Position numbers and translations under genes: made by a program. The notes under the pieces were generated by a model that worked only from the letters and a program-made list of their open reading frames with translations, did no database searches and was not told where the DNA came from. A stretch of 64,000 nucleotides of DNA from a virus: IMG/VR virus record IMGVR_UViG_3300017991_000010, positions 1 to 64,000 of that record. One strand, given 5' to 3'. Numbering within the stretch: position 1 is the first letter of the stretch; the number at the start of each line of letters is the position of its first letter. Shown here in pieces: positions 10,901-22,407 of this stretch.

Positions 10901-11288
10901 CGACATGCTGACAGTCCAGATCGTTTCCTGCGTGATGGAGCTGCAGCGGGAGGTGGCCAAACAGCTCTCCCTCCGAGACGTTGAGGCCGCTGCGTGGGCG
11001 GCCGAGCGGGAGGCGCTCAAGACCGAGGCGAAGCGGCTGCGGGCCGAGGTGGAGCGCATGAGTGGCGCCTGTCCTTGCGAGCACCGTAGGTCGGCGGAGG
11101 CCGACCGTGACCACTGGCAGGCCGAAGCCCGAGGCCTGCGGACGGCGCTGGACGAGGCGGAGGAGGACGCACTAGACGTCGCGGAGGCGCAGGCCCGGCT
11201 CGCAGATCCCGACCAGGTCACGATCCCCTACAGCGAGGCGCGGAGACTGCTCGGCCTGCGCCAGGAGAACGAGGACGATGAGCGATAG
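7931..11288 (+). CDS. Run of small coupled hypothetical genes, some membrane, several Cys/Zn-finger (7931-8311, 8308-8475, 8472-8855, 8852-9169, 9166-9588, 9578-9994, 9994-10332, 10363-10506, 10496-10693, 10680-11288)
   Basis: Continuous start/stop overlaps and RBS; CxxC motifs; no recognisable catalytic motifs. Confidence 0.55.
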
Positions 11289-11709
11289 GCGAGAGGTGGT
11301 GACAATCACGCGTGAGGACCTGGAGCGTGCGACCAGCCGGCGCATGGACGGCGACGAGCACGAGGTCCTCGAACTGGTACGCAAGCGGCTCGAGAAGGGC
11401 CACGTGGACTACGGCGACCTCGACGTGTGTGATGGGCGTGACTGGGAGGCCGAGGCACTAGACGAGGCGCTGGACGGCGTGGTGTACCTCGCGGCCGCGA
11501 TCTTGGAGATGCAGAAGCGGCGCGAGGCTCCGGAGAACTTCGCGACCCTGACCGCGGGCGCGCCGTTCTGCCCTCTGATGTCCTACGGTGGGTGGTGTCG
11601 GCACCCGCACCGCGCGGGGCACAGGTGCGACCGACGCCCGAACTACTGTCCCCTGCGCCAGGGCAAGAGCGTGCTCGTGAAGTGGAAGGAGATGAGCGAT
11701 GAGCAATAG
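11278..11709 (+). CDS. All-alpha NTP pyrophosphatase (MazG/dUTPase-like) with a Cys-rich tail
   Basis: RLEKGHVDYGD...DWEAEALDEALDGVVYL resembles the acidic helical metal-binding motif of phage MazG-like proteins. Confidence 0.6.
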   Translation: MSDRREVVTITREDLERATSRRMDGDEHEVLELVRKRLEKGHVDYGDLDVCDGRDWEAEALDEALDGVVYLAAAILEMQKRREAPENFATLTAGAPFCPLMSYGGWCRHPHRAGHRCDRRPNYCPLRQGKSVLVKWKEMSDEQ

Positions 11710-13769
11710 GTACTTGAGTTGCGACGAGATCGCTGAGTTGTTGGCGGAAGACAGCTCGATGTGCTGTAAGACGTGCATTTACGCCGACCCCACCAATGCG
11801 CTGTGCTGCTCGAAGGACGTGGAGTACGCCTACCCTACCGACGTGGGCTTCTGCCCCGAGTGGACGGGCGTCGCGTCGGATGGCTCCCGCGAGTGGGGCT
11901 ACCTCGACGAGCTGCTGCGCCTAGCGCAAGAGCGAGAGGCGGGCGTGTCTACGCTCGAGCAGAAGTACGAGTGCGCCCTGCGCGAGATCGCGGCGCTGAA
12001 GGACGGGTACGAGCGCCTGCAGGATGACTTGCGCTTCCTGAGCAGGCAGAAGCACGACGAGGGCACCGCGGAGCTTGAGCGAGTGCTGACGGACCTCATG
12101 CAGCCCGGACACATGAGCTGCGCCACCTGCTGCCACTGGCAGCGGGCGCACAACCACGCCTCGGGCGACATGAGCGTCGAGGAGCCCGTACCCGAGGGCT
12201 GGTGCGCGCTGATTGGCAAGGACCCGATGCCGCCGGCCACTGGCTGTGCGTCGCTCTGGCCGTACGAGGACAGCGAGATGGAGTTCATGTGCAGCGAGCG
12301 CTTCGGCTGCATCCGCTGGGAGGCGAAGACATGCAAGTCCAAGTAGCCGTGTGCCCCAAGTGCCTGCGCGTGTGGTACGTGCCTGACCAGGCGACGCACC
12401 CCGATCTGCACATTCGCAAGGGCGTGTGCTGTGACTGTAGTTTCGGTCAGGCCGTGCGCTACGTGGCGCTGCTCTTCCGCGACCTCGACCTCACCGACAA
12501 GCGCCGCGTCCCCCAGGACGTGATCGACCGGCTGTGCGCCATGGTCCGCGAGATCGTGGGGCCAGACAGGCGCATCGCGTACGGCTACGAGCCCGAGTAC
12601 AGCGACGCTCAGTACCCGGACGTCTTGATAGTGTGCTGGGAGGAAGAGGAGTTCAGCGAAGCCTCATGGGCGCGATGCGTAGCTGTCAAGGAAGCGCGGG
12701 TAGAGCAGGACTTCGAGCCCGAGTGGGCGTCGATCGTCGTGATGGCGCAGCACGGTATCGAGCACGTGCTCGAGAAGGGCTACACGCTCTATGAGCCGTA
12801 GGCCACTCACCCAGGGCATCGCTGCCGGCGTGCTCCTGTATCTCGGCTGCGTAGGCCTCATGGTCCAGCAGGTAGCAGCCTGGGCAGAGCTGCTCTCGCC
12901 CCTGTGGTGGGTCTTATCGCTCTCGGGCGTGGCTCTCTTCTGCGATGCCGTGCGGCGCACACTGGAGGACGAATGAGACTGGGTCAGCTATCAGAGGAGT
13001 GGCTCCTAGCGCTGCGGCGCCACTACCGGGGCGACGTCGATTTCAACGACCGCGTGGTCGAGCTAGCGGAGCGCGAAGAGATCGCTGACCTCGTCGCAGC
13101 CGTCGTGGTCGTCGCCAACCGCCTCATCGGGCGCTACAACCAGGTCGCTCGGGCGCGCACTTACGACGCGATCCTGACGCTCCAGTCGCTCGTGATGCTC
13201 GCCGAGCAGGACGAGGCCAGCTAGCGTGTGGCATGCACTCCAGGCCATCGCAGGCGCGTTCCTGGCAGCCATAGGCGCGACTGGCGTGTTCGTCTACATG
13301 ACCTGGGGGCACTACGGCCACCCCGCCCTGTGGTCCCTGGCGCTCGTGCTGGGCATCATCGCGTACGTGACGGCGGAGTCGTCGCGGCCGGCGGGCTAGG
13401 GCAGGTCGCACGTGGCCACCGTTGGTCGCCCGCTTTTGCCCCGCCGCGCGGAATGCTTATAATGTTAGTGATATGTCGGGTCGCAGACAGCTCGTTATCC
13501 TGCTCCGATCCTATCCAGCCATGGACGGGCTGGACAGCCGACTCGAGCGGGTAGTGGAGCTACGCAAAGCATCCGCGGCGGCTCTGGAAGCGTTTGCCGA
13601 CCTCGCTGCCGCGCTCCGGGAAGTCGACCCGGAAGTCGAGGTCGCTGATCTCAAGAACGCCATATCCCCCACCGTCATGGTGACAACCACCGACGCCGGC
13701 CAACGACTCATCGAGCAAGCCAATATCGTTGAGAGCGTCTCCCCCGCCGTAGAGGCACGCGCGAATTGA
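11699..13769 (+). CDS. Further small hypothetical genes (11699-12346, 12331-12801, 12791-12976, 12973-13224, 13473-13769)
   Basis: Coupled ORFs; 11699 has two CxxC clusters and a coiled coil; 12791 is hydrophobic. Confidence 0.55.
13435..13463 (+). promoter_or_regulatory. Sigma70-type promoter
   Basis: TTTGCC-17 nt-TATAAT with TG extension, 9 nt before ATG 13473. Confidence 0.6.
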
Positions 13770-13815
13770 GCATCTTCGCGAGGAACAGGTGCGTGCCAAA
13801 CACCCGAGCCGTCCC

Positions 13816-13992
13816 TCACACCCCCTCCCGCAGCACGCGCTCGTACTCCTCGACGGGGATCAGGACGCGCCGGCCGAAGCGCACGCTCTTGATCTTCTCG
13901 CTCCTAATCCAGCCGCGCACGGACGCGGTGCTCATGCCGAGGGCCTCGGCCAGCTCGGCGATGCTCCTGAACTTGATCTTCCTCTGGTCCAT
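13816..13992 (-). CDS. Excisionase-like MerR/HTH_17 DNA-binding protein (58 aa, not in the ORF track)
   Basis: Hand translation MDQRKIKFRSIAELAEALGMSTASVRGWIRSEKIKSVRFGRRVLIPVEEYERVLREGV; RBS GAGGAGG. Confidence 0.85.
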   Translation of the reverse strand: MDQRKIKFRSIAELAEALGMSTASVRGWIRSEKIKSVRFGRRVLIPVEEYERVLREGV

Positions 13993-14103
13993 CGCTTTAG
14001 TCCTCCTCTACTATGCCCATGCCAGGATTTGCGCCTGGAGCTGAAGCACCAGCTCTACCGCCGCAGTCGAGAGGACACCTGCGGCGGCCATGGGCGGTTG
14101 GGC

Positions 14104-15036
14104 CTAGTCCTCGTCGTCCACCACTGTAGCCACGCCGTCCACGTCCACGCTCACGCGGTCGCCGACATCGCCGAAGGGCAGGGCGACGATCCGGTCGGGC
14201 GTGGTGTCGGGGTACAGGGCGCGCAGGGCGCTGTCGTCCGTGTCGCAATGCAGCAGCACGATCTCGGTGACCATGTCCTGAGCGTCCAGGATCGCGTAGC
14301 GGCAGAGCTGGCACATCACGCTCTCGAGCGCCTCCTCGTCGCCGTCGATGGCGCGATCGATCAGCATGGCCTGCGCGAAGTCGAAGTGGTTGATGGCATC
14401 CTCACGCGCCCCCTCCAGCTCCTCGCCCTCGGCCGTGACGTCCAGCTCGTAGCGCTCGTCGTCGCGGAGCTGCCTCAGGTAGCTCTCGACGTCGTCCTGG
14501 TCCAGCACGACCTCGGCGTCCTCGACCGCGCGCTTGGCCTCGGACTCGATCTCGGCGTCTGTGCTGTAGGCCGTGAGGCCCAGCTCGGCGAGCACGTCCG
14601 AGACGGGCTCGTAGTAGTCGCAGGCAGCCCAGGGCTCGTAGACCTCGTAGGGCTCGGGCTGCAGGCCCTCGACCGTGCCGTAGACGTCCTCGGCGGCCTC
14701 GCGTGCGACGTAGCTCAGGCGTCCCACGCGATTGCTCCCGTCCCAGTCGACCGTGGCGCTGTCCAGGATGGCCTGGCAGGCGGGCGTGACCTTGCGCATC
14801 AGGTCGGCGAGCGGGGCCATGCGCAGCGGCGGGATCTCCCACTCGATGTCGCGGCCGTAGAAGGCTCGCATCGACTGGCCGCTACCAATGATCGAGGAGT
14901 AGTGCGCGCTCAGCTCTCCCGTCTCGAGGTCGAGGCACAGGAGCGCGGGCTGGCGCTCGGTCTGCCCCTGGTAGTGGCAGTACAGCGCGTCGTCGGACTC
15001 GGTCGCGATCGGCGTGACGGTGGTCTTGTCGGTCAT
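14104..15036 (-). CDS. Highly acidic hypothetical early-type protein
   Basis: 310-aa ORF, D/E-rich, GC3-biased codons, RBS GGAGAG. Confidence 0.7.
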   Translation of the reverse strand: MTDKTTVTPIATESDDALYCHYQGQTERQPALLCLDLETGELSAHYSSIIGSGQSMRAFYGRDIEWEIPPLRMAPLADLMRKVTPACQAILDSATVDWDGSNRVGRLSYVAREAAEDVYGTVEGLQPEPYEVYEPWAACDYYEPVSDVLAELGLTAYSTDAEIESEAKRAVEDAEVVLDQDDVESYLRQLRDDERYELDVTAEGEELEGAREDAINHFDFAQAMLIDRAIDGDEEALESVMCQLCRYAILDAQDMVTEIVLLHCDTDDSALRALYPDTTPDRIVALPFGDVGDRVSVDVDGVATVVDDED

Positions 15037-15124
15037 GTCGTCTCTCCCTCAGCCGGCGTTGCTCATCAGTGCAGGACTAGCCGGTGTACCTGCAGACGGG
15101 GCGCTGGGCCCCGTTTCGCACCGC

Positions 15125-15601
15125 CTACGGGACGACCCTCGCGGACGCGATGGCGTCGTCGTTGCCGTCCTCGTAGTACCGGGCATCCGGCCCGATGTCG
15201 TCGGCGGCGCATCCGGAGTCGTGGACGTCGAGGTCGGCCGGCTCCATGTGGCCGTCGGGGCGGACGGTCTCGAGCGTCTCGGGCAGTTCGTTGACGCCGT
15301 TGTAGACTTCGCGCGCCTCCTTGACGCCCCACCCTGCACCGGTCCACCAGTAGCCGCTCGTGGACTCGATGGCGAGGCGGTGCACCTCCGTGATGACGAG
15401 GTCGTCGCGGTACTCGTCGATGGCCATGATGTCGGCGTTGCTCAAGCACTGGGCGGGGCCCAAGTCGGTGATGACGCTGTGGTAGTAGTCCCGGTAGCCT
15501 GCCGCCTTCGCCATGGCGTCGAGGGCGTCGTCCTCGGTCTCGCCCTCGTAGACGCCGAGGTCCTGGCCGCTGGTCGTGTTTTCGATTCGATAGGGCTTCA
15601 T
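15125..15601 (-). CDS. Acidic hypothetical early-type protein
   Basis: MKPYRIENTTSGQDLGVYEGETEDDALDAMAKAAGY; RBS GGAGGG. Confidence 0.65.
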   Translation of the reverse strand: MKPYRIENTTSGQDLGVYEGETEDDALDAMAKAAGYRDYYHSVITDLGPAQCLSNADIMAIDEYRDDLVITEVHRLAIESTSGYWWTGAGWGVKEAREVYNGVNELPETLETVRPDGHMEPADLDVHDSGCAADDIGPDARYYEDGNDDAIASARVVP

Positions 15602-15699
15602 GGTGTCCCTCCGTGTTGCCCTAGGGTGATGCACTCTGCGTGCCACTTCCTGCGCTGTGTGATACTAGGCACTTACTCCTGCCACCCCCTGCGCCCTGT

Positions 15700-16085
15700 G
15701 TACTCCCGTTGACACACAGCGTGTCAAATTGTGTTCACACCCGCTCCCTGCGCTGTGTGTCGTGTCGTATACCTCTATAGCGCGTGGCGCGTGCTGGCGG
15801 GCGTAGGGCTCCGGGCGCGCGATGTCGGCGAGCGGTGACACTCCAGCCGATGTCACCGAGCGATGTCACTGCCGGGAGCTGCCGGAGGGTGCCGGATACT
15901 GCCACTGGATGGCCCGATTCGTGGCCGGATAGCCTCCTGACGCCCCTCAGAGCTGCCGAATCAGGCCATGATGGCCCGATTCGTGGCCGGATGGACGTTA
16001 TTCTGCCCACTGCGCCCCCCTAATGGGCAGAATATGATCCATGGGTCACTGGGGACCCGGAAATAGGTGACCAGTGGTCCCTTAT
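15700..16085. repeat. Divergent non-coding control region with direct and inverted repeats
   Basis: TTGACAC-5 nt-GTGTCAA near 15709-15727; 23-bp direct repeat at 15908-15930 and 15970-15992; near-palindrome at 15957-15983; ATTCTGCCCA...TGGGCAGAAT near 16000-16033. Confidence 0.7.
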
Positions 16086-16154
16086 TGCTCCCGTGTGCGC
16101 TCCCCTCTGCTACGCCCTCCAGGATGCCGGGGGCCGATCGTTAGTGACCGGCGG

Positions 16155-16183
16155 TTGACAAAGACCGTCGGCCGCGTTACTCT
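16155..16183 (+). promoter_or_regulatory. Sigma70-type promoter for a probably leaderless transcript
   Basis: TTGACA-17 nt-TACTCT-6 nt-ATG(16190). Confidence 0.7.
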
Positions 16184-16189
16184 CCTGTC

Positions 16190-17086
16190 ATGCCCGATAT
16201 CTCGCACCCCCCCGCAGCAGACGAGCGCGATGAGTTTGAGGAGGCCCGCGACGAGGCTGGTCTGAGCGTCCCGGCGTTCGTTATGGCCCCCGATGGCCTG
16301 CCCATGCCCGACGTCCCCCACGAGGTGCTCGAGGACGAGTCGCTGCCTCCGACGCTCGAGAACCTGATCTGCCAGGCCTGCCTCAACTACTGCGCCGTGC
16401 TCACGAGCAGCCAGGACCTCGGCGGAGGCCGCCAGCTCCGGCGCTACTGCACCCGGCTCCAGGCCGGCTCGGAGCTGATGGAGCTGACCGAGGCTTGCGT
16501 GTTCGCTTGCGACTACTTCGAGTTGGCCGAGTACAACCCGCTGGGCGTGGACCTGGACGAAGCGCGCGAGATCGTAGCGCGGTCCAGCGTGCTGTTGGAG
16601 GAGGCGCACAGGACGCTAGCCAAGCGCGCCAGCCCCGAAGACGCACGCGAGCCCAGCGACGGGATCGTGGAGCTATAGGAGGCAAGAGTGAGTAGCGAGG
16701 CGCAGAAGACCCTTCCGATCCCGAACGCCCTAGGCAACCGCGAGCGGTTCGATCGGAGCGACATCATCTATGACTGCCGCGAACGGCTGGTTCGCCAGCT
16801 CGTGTACGCCATCGAAACCGAGGACTCGGACCCGCACCTGGCTGGCGGCACCGTCTACGTCTGTCGCGAGAAAGACGTAGCGACGCTTGAGGAGTTGCTC
16901 CAGTTCCACATGCATCTGGACACGTGGCGCTACTTCCCGGGCTCTGGGACGCTCGGCAGGTACGTGCATGACACGGGACGCTACGTCATGCTCAGCACGC
17001 ACATCACCAGGGGGGACGGAGCCTGTGCGGACCTCTATCTCGACCCCGCGTGGCTGCTCGAGCCGGACGAGGCCGAAGAGGCCTGA
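16190..17086 (+). CDS. Two hypothetical proteins (16190-16678, 16688-17086)
   Basis: Promoter or RBS upstream; typical codon bias. Confidence 0.65.
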
Positions 17087-17158
17087 TGCTCTACCGCATC
17101 CTAGACGCCATACTCTGCTGGCTCCACACCACGTGGCGCCGGCTCGTGCCCGTGAGGC

Positions 17159-19346
17159 GTGAGGGCCTGGACGTGCCCCCACCGGAGGAGACCGATGAAG
17201 TTTGACCGGGAGGGCTGGAAGCGCGCCAGCGACTCGAAGGTCCTGAAGCACGTTTACCTCCAGCTGGAGAACATCTTCCTGCGTCACGAGGAGCGTGCCG
17301 ACGCCTCCGGCCCCTTCAACCCCGACTCTGGCCCCATGCGCGATCTGATGTTCATCATCAACGGGCTTCACGAGCGCGCCGACGAGAAGGGCTGGAAGCG
17401 TAGCCTCGAAGAGCGCAGCGCGCTGCTGGTGGGGCGCTGCAACGGGCTGGGACTCATGATCGAGGTGCCCTGCGCTGTGGGCCTTCGCTGGCTGTGGGAG
17501 GGGCACCACTCCGAGCTGGCCGAGGAGATGGCCGGGTACCTCCTGGACGAGGGCGCCGAGGTCCGCGTAGAGAAGTTCGACAGCCCCAGCCACGAGGCCG
17601 CCGCCGTATCGGGTGCAGGGGGACCCTACCGTAGCGCTCCCGAGGAGGCGCCTCGTGAGAGCTGGGAGGGCAACTACCGGCTCGTTGTGCGTGACGTGGA
17701 CACCGAGGACTTCGTCACGATCTTCGAGTGGGAGCGGTACATGCGCAAGGGACGCAAGGGGACGACGGCGGGGCAGTCCTCTCAGTTTGTGCTCCGCGCG
17801 CTGGGGCTAGCTGACTGGCTGGGCCCCCTCGACGACCCGCACCGAACAGACCACGAGTTCTCTCGCTGCTACGAGGAGCGTGATAGCGACGCACTCGGCA
17901 AGTGGCCAGGCCTGGGAGGGTCTACGGAATGATCCAGGTCCTGCGAGAGTGGGCGAAGCGGCGCGTGGGCGTCCTGATAGATGCTGCCGTGGACGCGATA
18001 GCAGACCGAGTCGAGCAGCGGCAAGCAGCGCGAGAGGACCCCATCGAGGTCGCGCCTGTAGACGCTTGGGAGCCCTCGCTCGACGAGCGGTGGGAGAGCC
18101 TGAACACGCTGATCGAGGACGAGGAGGGCGTGGAGTTCTACTCGTACGGCACGCACGTGGTCGCTTGGCTGGTCCAGCGGGACAACTACGACTTGGCAGC
18201 TCGTGCAGCGGCGCTTGTCATGGAGGCCGGAGGCGAGGCTCGCGTGGAAAGCGACCACGGCGTCAGCCTACACATGCGCGACACGTCAGAGGACAAGTTC
18301 GAGTTCGTCTGCGGCTGGGACCGTTGCCTATCGGTGCCGGACGTGCAGCGGGAGGGCCAGGAGCCCTACTGGTGGTCGCCCAACGCTCCCGCCGGCCTGC
18401 TAGACGCAGTAGGCATTGTGGAGTACTGCGACCAGTGCCCGAAAGTGGAGGAGGCCGAGGGCAGGTGGGGGACGTTCACCCGCTGCTCAGTGACAGGCCA
18501 GAAGATACAAGACCGCGCTATCTGCACAGAGAAGGGACTGACGGAATGACCGTGTTTGGATTTGACGACGACAGAGCGATCCTCCCCGAGTTCGAGGCAT
18601 CCTTCGGTTGGATCGAGGACGACGAGGGCGATCCTGAGGTCCCTTGGGCCGAGCTGTCGCCTGGCGAGGCTATGGCACGCATGCGTGATCGGCTAGACGC
18701 CATCTTGCGTCCAGCGCCAGTAACGCTCTGTGGCACGCCTATCGAGCCGGTCGACGATGCCGTCCGGCTGCGCGCAGCAATCGCAAGTCTATCCGAAGAG
18801 CTTCCATGTGGCGTGCGGGACTTCACCCAGCGCTGGGAGCTTCTCGCCCGCGAAATCGAGCACGAGGAGCACATTGACGTCGACCGGCCTGCTGCCTACT
18901 ACGTCGGGTGGCTGATGGACCGAGCGCAGGATGAGATGGCCTGTGAGATGGCACGCCTCGTCCTCGAGAGCGGCGGCATGGCGCGCATCGGGTTCGTGCG
19001 CAGCCCGATGACGGGTGTGGTGGTGATGGGCCTCCAGATGCGCGACCACGACGACACGGAGTTCGAGACCGTGTTCGAGTGGAAGCGCACCTTCGCCCAG
19101 TACCCTTACGAGTTCCAGCGTGAGCGAGACCCCACGCCCTTCTGGCAAGAGCGGGGCGCGCCCCATGAGCTGCTAGCAGCTGTAGGGCTATCCGAGGGGT
19201 GTCGACACTGCCCCCACACGAAGGAGGAGCCGCGCGAGTGGAAGCATAGCGGCGGCTCCGGGACGTACAACGCGACCGTCTGCGCCAAGACGGGGCAAGT
19301 GATCCGCGACTACGCGACGTGCACAGAGAAGGGACCAACGGAATGA
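17159..19346 (+). CDS. Three tandem paralogous hypothetical proteins (about 17194-17932, 17929-18549, 18546-19346)
   Basis: Shared L.(M/V)RD....F.....W.R and (L/V)L.A(V/L)G(L/I) motifs; all three end in ACGGAATGA. Confidence 0.7.
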
Positions 19347-19882
19347 CAGAGCCGACCATCGACGACAACGAGCTGCTCACCCTGATCGGTGACATCGAGG
19401 CTGCAGGCAAGCGCGTGAGGGCCGCAGGCAAAGCCGGAGGCAAGGCGGTCAACCTGCCCATGCTGATCGGCGGCGACCTGATCCCGATCCTGCTCCAGCT
19501 GGCCAAGCAGCTGCACGAGCGCGACGCAGACCACGACGAGCGGCTCGAGGCGATCGAGGACGCCCTTGGCTACGCGCTCGAGGACGACGAGCAGGGCCAC
19601 CCCTTCGCGGAGGTCCCGGCCCTCGCGGCGCGTGAGCTGCTCCAGATGCTCCAGAGCGTGCTCGGCAAGGTAGCGGCGCTCAAGGGGGCTCCCGACGAGC
19701 AGCTCCTGTACGAGGTCGCGTCCGTCAAGGACATGGTCGAGCACGTGCTCACCGGCGGCGAGTCTTCGACTCCCCAGGCGCCGCCCGAAGAGCCCGAGCC
19801 TGAGCCAGAGGCTGCTGAGCCCGAGGAGACCAAGCCAGAGCCCGAAGATCCCCAGACGGAGGACACAGATGGCGGGAGCTGA
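19343..19882 (+). CDS. Helical protein with an acidic Pro/Glu tail
   Basis: ATGA overlap; EPEPEPE tail. Confidence 0.65.
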   Translation: MTEPTIDDNELLTLIGDIEAAGKRVRAAGKAGGKAVNLPMLIGGDLIPILLQLAKQLHERDADHDERLEAIEDALGYALEDDEQGHPFAEVPALAARELLQMLQSVLGKVAALKGAPDEQLLYEVASVKDMVEHVLTGGESSTPQAPPEEPEPEPEAAEPEETKPEPEDPQTEDTDGGS

Positions 19883-21659
19883 GACCCTAGTACCAGGCGG
19901 CGATGTCGAGGAGGTCTTCGGCGAAGGCGCCTTCATCAACGACGATGACGAGCTGGATCAGTCCGAGGTAGACGACGAGCCCAGGCACGAGGCGTCTGCC
20001 TCCGAGAAACTCGACAGGGCCATGGCGTCGGTCGAGTGGGAGACGGGCGAGTACCACGCTGAGATCAACCGCAAGCAGCCTAGGCAGTACAAGGGGCAGT
20101 CGTGCGGCGGGCAGGTGGCGCAAGTCGATCACCCGGTCGACGTCGCGTGGATCGCCAAGTACTTCGGCGGCGGGACCTACTCGGTCTCGATCAAGGGTCC
20201 AGGCAAGACGGCCAAGTCGCGCAACATGACGAACGTGATCCACAAGAGCGTGTTCGGCATCGTGATCGCAGGCCCGCCGAAGCTTACGGAGCCCTGGCGC
20301 GGCCCCGGCGACGAGCCCGAGGAGGCCAAGGACTCCGCGCCTGAGGCCGGCGGTAACGGCGTGACGCCTCACGTCCTCGAGAAGTTCGTCGACAACTCCA
20401 TTGAGGAGGGGCGCTGGGCGCGCCGCAAGCTCATGGAAGGCCCCAAGCAGGAGAGCGACACGCGGACGCTGCTCGAGTTCCAGCACAAGCAGGCCGCGCT
20501 CGCCCAGAAGCAGAACAGCGAGCTGATGCAAGCAATGCTCATGGGAGCCCAGCGAGACGACGGCACGGGCGCGATTATCGAGAACATGCGCTCGGCCATG
20601 GACCAAGCCACGCGGGATCACGCCCGCGAGGTGCGCGAGCAGGCGGAGCGCCACCGCGACGAGGTCAACCGCCTCCAGCAGGAGTACTCACGCGAGCGCG
20701 AACAGCAGCGTGACATCCTGGCCAAGGCGCAAGCCGACGCGCGTGACGAGATGGCCCGGCGCGAGCAGGCCGTGCGCGACAACATCGCGAGCCAGATCGT
20801 GTCGGTCAAGGAGAACGCCGAGGCGCGCGAGAAAGCGCTCCAGGACCTGATCGCCGACCTGCGCGAACGCTTGCGCTCTGCCGAGGGCAAGCTCGAGGCG
20901 GCCGGCCGTGCCGAGCAGGACGCACGCTTGAAGGCCGTGGGGCTCGAGGCGACGCTGCAGAACCGGCCCGAGCCGAAGGAGCCGCTGACGCACTTGCAAG
21001 AGTTCATCACGCTCGGCACGGAGGTGTCGAAGCTCACTGGCAACGCGCCTGCCGAGCCCACCGTGATCGACCAGGTCACGGGCATCCTCGCCTCCCCCGC
21101 CGCCTCGCGCGTGGGAGAGGGCATCGCAGGCCTGCTGGGCAACCTCGGCTCCCGACTGGGTGGCGGCGGTGCGGCGGCCCCTCCGCCCCCGAGCGTGGGC
21201 ATGGAGGCTTGGCAGCAGCACGTAGGCGCGGGACAGCAGGTCCAGCAACTGCCCCAACCGCCTGCAGCCCCGCCCAAGCGCCGCCGTCGGCGCGTGAAAG
21301 TGGCCCCGGGCTCGGAGCCAGAGCAAGAGGTCGAGCCCGAGATCCCCGAGGGCGTCGAGCAAGAGCCCCCGGTCGAGCAGCCCAGCGAGTTCGACCCGAA
21401 CCAGGTGCTACAGGCTATCGAGCAGGCGGCGATGGAGGAGATGGACCACGACGTGTTCATCGGCCAGTTCGTCGAGATGCAAGGCGTAGAGCCGGCCATC
21501 GCCGACGCCCAGCTCATGATGCTGGCGAGCGCGCCCGCCGACCAGGTCATCGCCGAGATCGAAGGCGCGCTAGGGCAGATGTCCTCGGGCGCGAGGATGT
21601 ACATCCGACACGTGCGGGCGCACCTGCGCCAGCGCTTTCAGCTACCGGCGGAGGAGTAA
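19869..21659 (+). CDS. Large coiled-coil protein; possible scaffold or membrane-shaping morphogenesis factor
   Basis: Long R/E/Q/A heptad-like region followed by an amphipathic Gly-rich helix and Pro-rich linker; function is inferred. Confidence 0.6.
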   Translation: MAGAETLVPGGDVEEVFGEGAFINDDDELDQSEVDDEPRHEASASEKLDRAMASVEWETGEYHAEINRKQPRQYKGQSCGGQVAQVDHPVDVAWIAKYFGGGTYSVSIKGPGKTAKSRNMTNVIHKSVFGIVIAGPPKLTEPWRGPGDEPEEAKDSAPEAGGNGVTPHVLEKFVDNSIEEGRWARRKLMEGPKQESDTRTLLEFQHKQAALAQKQNSELMQAMLMGAQRDDGTGAIIENMRSAMDQATRDHAREVREQAERHRDEVNRLQQEYSREREQQRDILAKAQADARDEMARREQAVRDNIASQIVSVKENAEAREKALQDLIADLRERLRSAEGKLEAAGRAEQDARLKAVGLEATLQNRPEPKEPLTHLQEFITLGTEVSKLTGNAPAEPTVIDQVTGILASPAASRVGEGIAGLLGNLGSRLGGGGAAAPPPPSVGMEAWQQHVGAGQQVQQLPQPPAAPPKRRRRRVKVAPGSEPEQEVEPEIPEGVEQEPPVEQPSEFDPNQVLQAIEQAAMEEMDHDVFIGQFVEMQGVEPAIADAQLMMLASAPADQVIAEIEGALGQMSSGARMYIRHVRAHLRQRFQLPAEE

Positions 21660-21660
21660 G

Positions 21661-22297
21661 ATGATGGAGTACCGATGTAAGGTCGAGAAGGTGCATGCGC
21701 TTTCGACTGACGTGACCGTGAACGGCGAGGGGACCATCCTGCCCGTGAGGTTTCCTAACGAGGCAGAAGGTGCAGCCTTCTACTTCAGACACGAACCTGG
21801 TGAAGAGGAGACGGCCATTTTGCTTGCTGGCACGCTCCCAGGGCAGCTATCGATAGACGACGTCTTGCGTGTCTTCCGTGCGATGCAGGCGGCCATCCAG
21901 GCGGCGCCCGGCCCAATGCGCGCAGTGTGTGAGCAGAGCGATGGATGAGGAGGGCACTTGGAATGCTCTCGTCTACGCTGTCGGCGAGGCGATCCGGGGC
22001 GAGTTCCCCGACAACTTTCGCATCAACATGAGCGTGGAGCGCGGGGACAGCCACGTGACCTACACTCTAGCTATCGACGGTGACGAGGTCCTGACGAGGT
22101 CTGTGCCTAGGCACGAGGGGTCGATGCCTGATGGTTCTGGCGGCAAGATATCGCGATCGATCAGCGAGGACGGGACGCGCGTGCGGCTGGAGATACGTCC
22201 GTCCCCGAGCCCCGGGCCCCTCGCGCTCCCAGGAATGCACCACGTGGTCGAGATGATCACGCATGCGCTCTTGACACTCACCCGTCCCTCGGGGTAG
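21661..22297 (+). CDS. Two hypothetical proteins (21661-21948, 21941-22297)
   Basis: Coupled ORFs downstream of the coiled-coil gene. Confidence 0.5.
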
Positions 22298-22350
22298 TCT
22301 AATACCATCGGCCAGAGCTTCATAGCTCATCTCGATCTCCTTCTTCCAAC

Positions 22351-22390
22351 GAGGCCCCCCGCTGCCCCGTCTCTCCCGGCGGGGGGCCTC
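22351..22390. terminator. GC-rich hairpin, possible terminator
   Basis: GAGGCCCCCCGC...GCGGGGGGCCTC 12-bp perfect stem; no clear U-tract. Confidence 0.45.
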
Positions 22391-22407
22391 ACCTCCTTCA
22401 ACCGCCC

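Noticed and set aside
15908-15992. Mini-CRISPR array (23-bp repeat, 39-bp spacer)
   Set aside because: Only two copies, the spacer contains an inverted copy of the repeat, and no cas genes or CRISPR-like repeat ends were seen.
19869-21659. Tail tape-measure protein
   Set aside because: No tail, baseplate or assembly-chaperone genes nearby; only generic coiled-coil character.
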